Virus record (IMG/VR): IMGVR_UViG_3300046674_000395
Location: 1 to 64,000 of that record
Reading direction: 5' to 3' (one strand)
Source: a virus
Length of the DNA: 64,000 nt
The notes under the pieces are model-generated. The model was not told where the DNA came from, did no database searches, and saw nothing but the letters and a program-made list of their open reading frames with translations. The position numbers and the translations under genes are program-made. Positions 1-8,029 of this stretch are shown here, piece by piece. How positions within the stretch are numbered: the stretch's first letter is position 1; every line of letters starts with the position of its first letter.

Positions 1-147
1 CCCTGTCGAGGTCGAGGTCCCAGGGACGCCGCGTATGCGCTGGGTTGGCTGACAGCCAGCGGTCCGCGTAACAGCCCTGCAACCGCCCATCCCCGTCCGT
101 CCCGTCTGTCCTACGGTGTCCCGACTAGCTCAACCCTGGGGGGACAT

Positions 148-774
148 ATGCGCGTTCGCGCGACGGCGGCGACGGCCGCTCTGCTTCTGGCTGCACTTAC
201 CGCTTGCGGAGGCGGAGACGACAGCAGCAACGACAAGGCCAACGCTCAGGAGTCCGCGGCTGGCGAGACCGTGCCGAGTGAACAGCCGAGCGGCCAGGTC
301 GAAAAGGGGCTGAAGTTCGGGACGCCAGCCCAGACGACGGGCGACGGCGGAACAGGCGTCCTGGAGATCACCCCGGACACGGTGGTGTTCACGAAGGAAG
401 CCTCCGGTGAGGCCGCGGCGAATGGGGTGTTCGCCGTCGTCACGATGAAGGACAAGGCAATGACTGCGGTTGCCGCCGACGAGCCCGCACCGATCAGCGG
501 CGGTGGATGGAAGTGGATGGCGGCGGACGGGGAGATGGTCGCCTTCGACGCCGGCAACTCGTCGAACGTGACCATGGACAAGTACAACAACGCCGACCCC
601 GTCCAACCCGGCTCGTACCAGTGGCGGTCCCAGGCCTTCGACCTCACGCCAGCACAGGCGAAGGGCGGGACCCTGATCTACATCGACGGTGAAGAGAAGG
701 CGTTCCGGTGGGACATGCCGTCCACGGACAGCGGGCCGAGCGTCGCTGAGGTGAAGAAGCAGCTCGCGTCCTGA
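148..774 (+). CDS. Secreted lipoprotein, function unknown (host or lysogenic-conversion gene)
   Basis: N-terminus MRVRATAATAALLLAALTAC-GGG is a signal peptide with a lipobox. Good GC3 frame. Followed by a strong hairpin. Confidence 0.7.
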   Translation: MRVRATAATAALLLAALTACGGGDDSSNDKANAQESAAGETVPSEQPSGQVEKGLKFGTPAQTTGDGGTGVLEITPDTVVFTKEASGEAAANGVFAVVTMKDKAMTAVAADEPAPISGGGWKWMAADGEMVAFDAGNSSNVTMDKYNNADPVQPGSYQWRSQAFDLTPAQAKGGTLIYIDGEEKAFRWDMPSTDSGPSVAEVKKQLAS

Positions 775-782
775 AACGGCAG

Positions 783-822
783 AGTGCCCCCGCGGCCTGC
801 CGAAGCAGACTGCGGGGGCACT
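783..822. terminator. Bidirectional stem-loop between convergent genes
   Basis: Perfect 11-bp stem AGTGCCCCCGC / GCGGGGGCACT with an 18-nt loop, 9 nt after the stop at 774. Confidence 0.5.
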
Positions 823-823
823 G

Positions 824-988
824 TCATGCAGGTTCGTCGACCAGGTCAGGCTCCTGGAACGGGTCGATACTTGGTGGTGGAACCTCGGTCGGCACGGGCT
901 GTTCCTCGAGCCTGCCAGCGGAGAACAGCGAGGTGGCGTCCGCCGCCGCGTCGTCGCGGCGCGGTGACCGCGGGATTGGCTCAGGCAT
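824..988 (-). CDS. Small hypothetical protein (54 aa, Pro/Asp/Glu-rich)
   Basis: In-frame ATG at 988 and stop at 824-826. Found by hand (below the ORF-track size cut-off). GC3 is acceptable but there is no motif. Confidence 0.25.
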   Translation of the reverse strand: MPEPIPRSPRRDDAAADATSLFSAGRLEEQPVPTEVPPPSIDPFQEPDLVDEPA

Positions 989-990
989 CG

Positions 991-1317
991 TCAGACTCCA
1001 GTTCGATCACGGTGTTCACGCTGAGCTTTCAACAGGATGCGGATCCGCTGGAGGATCAACGCGCTGATGGCGAGGGCCAGCATCGTTCGGACTCCCCGCA
1101 TGACCACGGCGAAGCATCCGTCCGGCCAGAGACTGACAAGCACCGTGTACAGGAAAAGTGCGCCGATCGCGGCCGGCAGCCCCATGAGGTTGCGGCCAGT
1201 TCCGGAATGCCACCAGGACGCCTTCAGATGATAGGTCAGGCAGAAGGCGGCGCAGACCAGGGCCGCGATCGCCGAGCCGGCGACGTTCACCCACTGGTCG
1301 ACGCTCAACTCACTCAT
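991..1317 (-). CDS. Integral membrane protein (about 3 TM segments) at the distal end of the lysis cassette
   Basis: Hydrophobic segments AGSAIAALVCAAFCL, LMGLPAAIGALFLYTVLVSLW and MLALAISALIL. ATGA overlap with the upstream ORF. Confidence 0.6.
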   Translation of the reverse strand: MSELSVDQWVNVAGSAIAALVCAAFCLTYHLKASWWHSGTGRNLMGLPAAIGALFLYTVLVSLWPDGCFAVVMRGVRTMLALAISALILQRIRILLKAQREHRDRTGV

Positions 1318-1526
1318 GGTGCTGCTCCCCGGAACAATTCTTCGATCTTCTCCCGGAAGTGGTTTTCCTCCCGGGCCCTTCTCAGCGTCGCGGCGATCGC
1401 GTCTACGGCCGGCCTGCGGGCTTCTGCTTGCTGGCGGGCGTTCTGGGCGTGGGCGAGCGCTACTTCGGAGTCGGACGGTTGAGCGTCGTCACGTCCGTGC
1501 ACGAGGCGTCGGATCCAACCGATCAC
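1314..1526 (-). CDS. Small hypothetical protein (70 aa; alternative GTG start at 1502)
   Basis: ATGA coupling to the downstream membrane protein. Charged helical sequence with no motif. Confidence 0.4.
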   Translation of the reverse strand: MIGWIRRLVHGRDDAQPSDSEVALAHAQNARQQAEARRPAVDAIAATLRRAREENHFREKIEELFRGAAP

Positions 1527-1809
1527 CGCCGTTCACCTCCCCCTCGTCCGCGTGCCCCGGGTGGGGCAGGGCGGTGAGGATGTGGCCGCCGAGCTTGGCC
1601 ATCTCCAGGAGCTCCCCGGTCTGGTCGTGCTCGGCCTGACGGGCCTTCTCGGACTCCAGATATGCCGACCTCCAGTTGTCGCGGTCGGTGATGACGTCCT
1701 CGTGCGTGCGTCTGGGAATGAGCCGGCCGGTCAGGATGAGGAGGACGACAAGCGTGAGGAGGGCGCCGAGCCCGGCGTCACTCGCGTTGATGCCGAAGAT
1801 CTCGCTCAC
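1489..1809 (-). CDS. N-terminally membrane-anchored lysis-cassette protein (holin-accessory or spanin-like candidate)
   Basis: GTG start preceded by GGGGGAGGG. One TM segment (LGALLTLVVLLILTG) followed by a charged coiled region. Located after the holin-like gene. Confidence 0.5.
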   Translation of the reverse strand: MSEIFGINASDAGLGALLTLVVLLILTGRLIPRRTHEDVITDRDNWRSAYLESEKARQAEHDQTGELLEMAKLGGHILTALPHPGHADEGEVNGGDRLDPTPRART

Positions 1810-1845
1810 GGGGCGCCCTCCCCCAGTCGTAAGCTGCCCACCCGG

Positions 1846-2229
1846 TCAGACGCCTGCCGCCGGGCCAGCCTTCACGGGACTGGACTGCTCGAGAGCGACC
1901 GCGGGCACGGGGGCCGTCACCTCGCGGTGCTCGAACAGGGCCAGGATCGCGGCGACGAGGGACATCCATCCGGCCTGCTGCTCGGCAGACAGGTCGAGAC
2001 CGAAGCCGACGAACAGAGCCAGGCCGGCCGAGGCGAGCTGAAGGATGGCCGCGCCGAGGGCGCCGTTGCGCAGGACGACGGCGGAGGCGACTGCGACGAG
2101 GCACGACAGCACGGTGTTGATCAGCGTCTGCTGGTCGCCGCTGACGTCGAGCCCGTAGGCGGCGGCCAACTTCAGGGCGATGGCCACAGCTGCCAGCAGG
2201 TAGACGGGCTCTCTGCCGAATATCTTCAC
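1846..2229 (-). CDS. Holin-like multi-TM membrane protein
   Basis: Three to four hydrophobic helices directly downstream of the endolysin. The only in-frame start after the endolysin stop is GTG at 2229. The track's 156-aa version is a shadow of the endolysin C-terminus. Confidence 0.55.
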   Translation of the reverse strand: MKIFGREPVYLLAAVAIALKLAAAYGLDVSGDQQTLINTVLSCLVAVASAVVLRNGALGAAILQLASAGLALFVGFGLDLSAEQQAGWMSLVAAILALFEHREVTAPVPAVALEQSSPVKAGPAAGV

Positions 2230-2260
2230 GATGGTCTCGATTCTGCTCGTAGGTCGGGGG

Positions 2261-3337
2261 CTACTTGGCGAGCCGGTCGGCGAGGTTCGCGGCGACCTTC
2301 TCGGCGATGAGGTCAACGAGGTTGGTGCTCGCGGCGACCTGGTTGGCGAGGGACGCGATCTGGACGTCGGTGATACCGACAGCGCCGAGCCCGGCCTCCA
2401 CGTTCTTCACGCGGGCGAGGGTCTCGCGGACCCCTTCGACACTTGCCTGCACGGCGTACTTCGCTGTCCAGGTCGGATTCGCGACGGTCTTGCCGTCGGC
2501 AGCGAAGTAGTCGACGTTGTTGTACGGCGGCCGGGCAGCGGGGATCACGTCCCGACCCCACACACGGTCGAGGTCGCCGTCCTCCAGCACGCCACCACCA
2601 GCGATGAGCTTGGTCGCGACCGCTGCGGCGATCTTGTTGATGTCGTCCGTGGTCAGGGCCACGTCGTCCTCCTGAGTGGGTCCTGCTGCGAGGGTGGCCG
2701 TGACGTCGGCACGAACGCCGGACATGGCCATGATCCTTCCGGGGGCGTAGCCGGGGTCCCACTTGTCGGAGGACCATTCGCCGTGCGCGATGACGGACAG
2801 CGCGTCCTCGCCCCAGTCGCCGTTCTCGGGCCGGGAGTGGAAGTCGAGGATTGCGGCCGACAGCTTCAGGGCCGTCTGGTACTGGATGTCGGCCATCTGC
2901 TGGCTGCCGGAGTACTGGATTTCGACGCCGTAGAAGTGGGCGTTGCCGTCGACTCCGTTGCTGTTGCCGCGGGTCGGGTGCAGCTGGCCGCTGTAGTCCT
3001 CGTCGATCACGTGCTGCAGGACTGTCGGGTCCCCGCCGCCGGCGTGGTTGGCGCGGCCCCAGCCGACGAGGTACACGACACCGTCGGCGCCGATGGAGAA
3101 GTGGCAGAGCGGGCCGGGCAGGTCGGCTAGGCCGTTGTAGAGAGTGCTGGAAGCGTAGGCCTTGGCGTTCGCGGCGCCGACGGACGCGCCGGTGTGGTGC
3201 CAGATGAAGCCGTTCACCGGCCCCCAGACGCCCTTGCTGTTGCGGTTGTGCGTGGCCCAGCCGGGGATCTCGACGTACTTGAGGCCCCACTTCTTCAGCT
3301 GGGCAACGACCTGTGCGGCTGTCATTGGCGCGGCCAA
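2261..3337 (-). CDS. Endolysin: N-acetylmuramoyl-L-alanine amidase (Amidase_2/PGRP-type) with a C-terminal extension
   Basis: N-terminal pattern GWATHNRNSKG...IWHHTGAS...HFSIGADG...GWGRANHAGGG...HFYGVEI is typical of zinc amidase_2 lysins. Sits between the tail genes and the holin. Confidence 0.85.
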   Translation of the reverse strand: MAAPMTAAQVVAQLKKWGLKYVEIPGWATHNRNSKGVWGPVNGFIWHHTGASVGAANAKAYASSTLYNGLADLPGPLCHFSIGADGVVYLVGWGRANHAGGGDPTVLQHVIDEDYSGQLHPTRGNSNGVDGNAHFYGVEIQYSGSQQMADIQYQTALKLSAAILDFHSRPENGDWGEDALSVIAHGEWSSDKWDPGYAPGRIMAMSGVRADVTATLAAGPTQEDDVALTTDDINKIAAAVATKLIAGGGVLEDGDLDRVWGRDVIPAARPPYNNVDYFAADGKTVANPTWTAKYAVQASVEGVRETLARVKNVEAGLGAVGITDVQIASLANQVAASTNLVDLIAEKVAANLADRLAK

Positions 3338-3358
3338 GGCAGACCCCTTTCAGGCGTG

Positions 3359-3380
3359 AAAAAAGCGCCCTCTGGGGCGC
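3359..3380 (-). terminator. Intrinsic terminator between the tail operon and the lysis cassette
   Basis: On the minus strand: GCGCCC-CAGA-GGGCGC followed by TTTTTT. Confidence 0.6.
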
Positions 3381-3400
3381 GGGCTGTGGCGGTGCGGGGG

Positions 3401-4021
3401 TTAGAGGCTGGCAGAGCAGCCGTTGAAGCCGATCCATGGGGGTTTCGCCGTGGCGGTGGTGCCGTACAGGTCGAGCTGTCCGCCGGTAGTGATGTCGAGC
3501 TTCAGCGTGATCCGGTCCGATGCCACATCGGAGCAGGGGACGACGATGGTGCGGAGTGTCGATGGACGCGCCGAGGCGGGCAGGAGCGTCGAGTTGAGGG
3601 TGAAGTGGTCCGGCATGCTGCTCGGATAGGAGCTGCGGGAGATACCGCCCCGGAACATGATCGTGTCGTCGCCTGCGAAGTTGACGATGCGGTACTGGAA
3701 TGACCCCTGGCTGTTGCCGTTCTGCGCCCAGCCCGACGCAAGGTTGATCGTCGTCCAGGTCCGGCTGGCGACCGACACCGTCACCCAGGCGGTGCCGTCA
3801 TACAGGTCGAGCCGGTCGACGTCCTGTAGCCACGTCAGCATCCCCTCGACCGGGGCTTGCGTGCCGACGAGCGTGGCACCGCGCGCGGACGCCGACGCGA
3901 ACCGCAGAATGCCGCGGGGGATGACGCCGGCCGCGAGGTCGGCAATCGCCTTGGGCAGGTCCGGTGCATCTGTCAGCGACGCGAGCGAGATGCTCTGGCC
4001 GTAGGCGTCCGTGGTGCTCAA
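3401..4021 (-). CDS. Minor tail / fibre-tip protein
   Basis: Last gene of the tail block. Its C-terminus (KPPWIGFNGCSASL) is paralogous to that of 4031-4696 (RPPWVSLNGLQYTID). Confidence 0.6.
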   Translation of the reverse strand: MSTTDAYGQSISLASLTDAPDLPKAIADLAAGVIPRGILRFASASARGATLVGTQAPVEGMLTWLQDVDRLDLYDGTAWVTVSVASRTWTTINLASGWAQNGNSQGSFQYRIVNFAGDDTIMFRGGISRSSYPSSMPDHFTLNSTLLPASARPSTLRTIVVPCSDVASDRITLKLDITTGGQLDLYGTTATAKPPWIGFNGCSASL

Positions 4022-4030
4022 CGCGGCCTC

Positions 4031-4696
4031 CTAGTCGATCGTGTATTGCAGGCCATTGAGGGACACCCACGGCGGCCGGATGATCGGCGTCGTGTAGGTG
4101 TCAGACGTGCTGGTCGTCGTACCGATGACGCGCATCTGCCCGTCCGGCCTCGCATCGACCTTCAAAGAGAGGGACGACGAGGTGGAGGCAGAGCAGGCCG
4201 CGGAAAGCGACCGCGTGGACGGCGGCCTCAAAGCAGCTGCCACCGCAGCGCTGAGGAAGTCGCCGGAGTTTTGGATCGCATTCGACGCGTAGGTGATGCC
4301 GAGGCCGCCACGCCACTGCATGAAGCGAGTGCCGGCGACGATGGCCAGCCGGTACATGACGTCGCCGTTCGTGTTCCCGTCGTGCGTGAACCCGGTCGCC
4401 AACGTCGGCTTCACCCAGACGGTCTCCGTGCCCGCCGACAGACGTCCGTGCGTGATCCAATTGCCGCTGCTGGACTGGCCGATGACGACGACGTCGCCGA
4501 CGAGCGGGTTCTGGTAGGTCTCCATGCGGCGGACCTTGAGGCCGTCCGCCGTGACAGTCCCGTCAGAGGCGACTGCGGAGACGGTGGCGAGACGCCAGTC
4601 CGAGCCGCGCACTGTGGGCGCCTTCTCCCCAGCCCGTTTCGCCCGCTGCGCGAGCGCGTAGGCGAGGTCGCGGGTGCTGGCGTGGGAGGACTTCAC
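4031..4696 (-). CDS. Minor tail protein (paralog of 3401-4021)
   Basis: Position in the tail block, shared beta-rich organisation and shared C-terminal motif with the next gene. Confidence 0.6.
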   Translation of the reverse strand: MKSSHASTRDLAYALAQRAKRAGEKAPTVRGSDWRLATVSAVASDGTVTADGLKVRRMETYQNPLVGDVVVIGQSSSGNWITHGRLSAGTETVWVKPTLATGFTHDGNTNGDVMYRLAIVAGTRFMQWRGGLGITYASNAIQNSGDFLSAAVAAALRPPSTRSLSAACSASTSSSLSLKVDARPDGQMRVIGTTTSTSDTYTTPIIRPPWVSLNGLQYTID

Positions 4697-5784
4697 GCAT
4701 CCTCCTTGGCGCTGATCGTGCTGATCGGGAAGTCGCCGCCCTCATCCAGTGGCACGCTGAAAGAGGCGGCCTGGTGGAGTTCGCGACTGCCGTCCTCGTG
4801 CGTCACCCGAAAGACGTCGCCCGGTTCGAGCGCCGGGTTCGGCAGGCTACTGATGTCGCCGGTGGCGTTCGGGGCCTTCGCCTGCGCGAGCTTCAGATTC
4901 GCTGCCTGCTGGCAGGCTGCCATGGAGATCAGTGTCGACGAGCTGTAGAAGTCGGGCCGGCGACCGAACGGGCCGCCCCAGTAAGTGGGGCTCCCGGTGT
5001 CGCCGTCGGTGGCCAGGTAAGAAACGGGCGGGACTCCGTCGGCCGTGTTCTCGCCGTAGGCGAGGATGCCGTTGTGGACGCCGTCGCTGGACATGGCCCG
5101 GTTAGCCGAGATGTAGACGCCGCCCTCGACAGCCTCCACCGCCCACACAGGCGGCGTCGTGAGCAGGTCCGGCAGTTGCGCGATGATGAACACGCCGTCC
5201 GCGTTGGAGTACACCTCGGCACCCGCAGCGGCGGCGATCTCCTGGCAGCCTGCCCACGGATCAGCCTGCACATCGAAAGCGCGGGTTCCGATGGGTACGT
5301 CGACGATCTGACTGATCACGTCGGCGCCGGGCAGGCTGCGCTGGATGAGTGCGGTGATGGCGCCGACGACGGTGCCGGTAGCGGTGTAGACGGCCGTGAG
5401 CTTGTCGTCGGCGACCGCCGCTTCCAGGGCTTTCCCGGCCAGGGTGACCGGCCCGTCGTTGACATCGCCATCGACCGAGTCGAGCCTGAACACGCCGAGC
5501 GGCACGAGCTCCTGAGAGCCATCTCCGTACTCGACGCCGCGGGCGACACGGAGGCGGGCGCCGTAGGTGGCGAGCTGGTCGGATGCGGCTCGCGGGATCA
5601 GCGTCGGATCAGCGATCGTGACCGTGCAGGTACGACGGATCGCCTGGGAGCGGTCGACGTTGACGGAACCGCCCGTGTGCTCCAGGTCCACAACCTGTCC
5701 GCTGTTGAGGAACAACTGCACCCGTGTAGCGATGCGGTGGGACTCGGCGAGGCGTGCCAGGAACCGATCGGAGACGGGGTACAC
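4693..5784 (-). CDS. Minor tail protein (DUF5047-like, Tal/baseplate-hub position)
   Basis: The N-terminus MYPVSDRFLARLAESHRIATRVQLF is characteristic of actinophage minor tail proteins that follow the distal tail protein. Confidence 0.65.
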   Translation of the reverse strand: MYPVSDRFLARLAESHRIATRVQLFLNSGQVVDLEHTGGSVNVDRSQAIRRTCTVTIADPTLIPRAASDQLATYGARLRVARGVEYGDGSQELVPLGVFRLDSVDGDVNDGPVTLAGKALEAAVADDKLTAVYTATGTVVGAITALIQRSLPGADVISQIVDVPIGTRAFDVQADPWAGCQEIAAAAGAEVYSNADGVFIIAQLPDLLTTPPVWAVEAVEGGVYISANRAMSSDGVHNGILAYGENTADGVPPVSYLATDGDTGSPTYWGGPFGRRPDFYSSSTLISMAACQQAANLKLAQAKAPNATGDISSLPNPALEPGDVFRVTHEDGSRELHQAASFSVPLDEGGDFPISTISAKEDA

Positions 5785-5787
5785 GGT

Positions 5788-8019
5788 TCACCCCCGCCGG
5801 TCGAGGAGCACGTCCTCCCACGTCGTGTACGTGGTGCGAACGTCCTGCCACGTATCGAATTCAGTGAGTTCGTCCTGCCAGGTGCGGCCGGCTGCACCGT
5901 TCACGACCGTGGTGATGGGCATGTCGGTCTCGGTGAGCGGTAGCGTCCACGTCCGCCACTGTTCCTGGGCGAGTCCACCCACTCGACCCTCGGTGATCTG
6001 GGCGACGGCGACGTACATGTCGTCGACGCCCATCCCGGGTACGGCCTGCCACAGCAGCGTGTTCCCGGAGTCGAGCAGCAGGTGCAGGCTGCGGCGTTCC
6101 TCGTCGGAGCGGGTCCACACGGCGAGGTCTCCCTCGAGGCCGTTTCTGCGACCGGACAGGACGACCTTGTTGCGCCGGCCGCGGACCACGAACGTCGCCT
6201 GCTCGATGGGGCGCTGCCAGTCCGGGGCCGTCTGTACCAGCACCTTCAGGTTGCGCTGCGGGTTTCCTGGGTCCTTCAGCCACGCCTCGTTGACGTCCGC
6301 GAGGGTGACGCGCACGTAGGCGCTGGTGCGGTTCGTTGAGGCGAGAGAGCCTGGCGGGCTCTGCTCGATCGTGTAGCGGACCAGCGTGTTCAACGGTGCT
6401 TCATGGTCCTCGATGACGACCAGGTCGCTGGTGATGGGCTGGCGGTCCACGAGCCCGGAGCTGCTGCGCACGAGGGAACGAGAGCCATCGGTTGTAACCC
6501 GGTAGACCGACAGTTCGTAGTCGACGGTGAGCTCTCGCAGGGTGAGGCTGATGTAGCCGCCGTCGTCGACGGCCACCGCTTCCGTCTGCGGGAGAACCTG
6601 CCACAGAACTGCCTGGTCGACGTGGAGGATGCTGCTGGTTGCCGAGGCAGTGACGAGCAGGTCGATCGCGGCCTGCGTCGCCCCGGCCGGGGCGACCGCA
6701 TCGGAGTTGATGGCGTACCAGCCGCCGCCGGAGACCGCCCATGAGACGCCGATGGATGCGCCGAGGTCGACGTTGGCTGCGTCGTACCAGCGGATCCGCA
6801 CCCCAATGGACGACCATGATCCGGCGGCGATGTGGACGCAGACCTGGGCCCGGAAATTCAGGCCCGCCGTGATGCCTCCGAATTTGCCGGACCGGATCGA
6901 GGACTGTGTTGCCGTGCTCGAGGTGACGGCGAGAGCGTAGGAGCCCTCGAAGAAAGAGCTGCCCCAAGGTGTGGTGCGGGCCAGCGTTGCTACGCCGCTC
7001 CCGGTCGTCCAGCCGCCGACACCCTGCTCGAAGCCGGAGTCGGCGTAGGACAGAACAGACCCGGCCTGGAGTTTCGGTGCGGCCGTGACGACGACTGTCT
7101 CCAGTCGCAGCACCTGCCCCGCAGATGCCGTGTCCAGGCCGGCCGCGACAGAGCAGGTGGCGGCGTTGCCCGGTGCGACCATGGAGGCCCGCTGCCGGTA
7201 CATGCCTGTTCCCGGCGCAGCCAGAGTGGAGCGTTGAGCTCCTACCTGGTTGCCGACGCTGTCGTAGAACCGCAGCTCAAGCCATGCTGTCGACGCCAGT
7301 GTGGGCGGCTGGAGATAGGCGTAGGCCAGGTACTCGACGCCCGGCGTGACCGTCGGTCGGTCGACGGCGAGGATCGAGGCGTTGCCTGCGGCGACCGCGG
7401 TCATCGCGAGCGTCTCGCCGCCGGCCAGGTAGTTGTCGACGGCCCACGTGACCACCGGCGCCTGACGGGCGACGGCGGCGTTGACGACGGCCGCCCACGA
7501 CGAGGCGTCGACCTCTGCGGACTCGGTATTGAACGGCAACAGGTTGCCGTTCGTGCGGATAGGCAGGCCGAGGTAGACGTTCTCCCAGAACTGGTTGACG
7601 TTCGCCGCGGCTGGGGTGGAGGACAGCAGAACCTGCGCCTTGGATGCCATTGCAGGTGCCGCAGCAGCCATGCCGACGCGGTGCCAGGCTCCGGACGCTG
7701 TCAGTGTCGTCTGCGACCAGCTGACGCTGACCTCGGTGCCGATCGGGGTCAGCCAGCGGATCCCGATCCGCTCCGGGACACTCGATCCGGCAGCGTCCGC
7801 GAACACCTGGTAGACGACGCCGGGCGTGACCGCATACGAGGAGACGGTGCGGGCCTGGACTTCGCCCGCTGCCGACGACTTGACCTGCAGGCAGCCCGCT
7901 CCTCCAGTCCGGCCGCCCACGCCCTGCAGCAGCGTGCAGTTCAGCTTGGCCGTCCACCCGGAGGTGTTCGGGTCGACGGTCTCGGTTGTCGCGCTGAGGA
8001 GGTTTCCGGGGATCGCCAA
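5788..8019 (-). CDS. Distal tail protein-like minor tail protein with N-terminal carbohydrate-binding-module-like repeats
   Basis: Immediately after the tape measure. Three related beta-sandwich-like segments (WH/W...V..A.APAGA). The C-terminal part resembles the siphovirus tail-component (Dit) family. Confidence 0.65.
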   Translation of the reverse strand: MAIPGNLLSATTETVDPNTSGWTAKLNCTLLQGVGGRTGGAGCLQVKSSAAGEVQARTVSSYAVTPGVVYQVFADAAGSSVPERIGIRWLTPIGTEVSVSWSQTTLTASGAWHRVGMAAAAPAMASKAQVLLSSTPAAANVNQFWENVYLGLPIRTNGNLLPFNTESAEVDASSWAAVVNAAVARQAPVVTWAVDNYLAGGETLAMTAVAAGNASILAVDRPTVTPGVEYLAYAYLQPPTLASTAWLELRFYDSVGNQVGAQRSTLAAPGTGMYRQRASMVAPGNAATCSVAAGLDTASAGQVLRLETVVVTAAPKLQAGSVLSYADSGFEQGVGGWTTGSGVATLARTTPWGSSFFEGSYALAVTSSTATQSSIRSGKFGGITAGLNFRAQVCVHIAAGSWSSIGVRIRWYDAANVDLGASIGVSWAVSGGGWYAINSDAVAPAGATQAAIDLLVTASATSSILHVDQAVLWQVLPQTEAVAVDDGGYISLTLRELTVDYELSVYRVTTDGSRSLVRSSSGLVDRQPITSDLVVIEDHEAPLNTLVRYTIEQSPPGSLASTNRTSAYVRVTLADVNEAWLKDPGNPQRNLKVLVQTAPDWQRPIEQATFVVRGRRNKVVLSGRRNGLEGDLAVWTRSDEERRSLHLLLDSGNTLLWQAVPGMGVDDMYVAVAQITEGRVGGLAQEQWRTWTLPLTETDMPITTVVNGAAGRTWQDELTEFDTWQDVRTTYTTWEDVLLDRRG

Positions 8020-8029
8020 GAGAACCTCC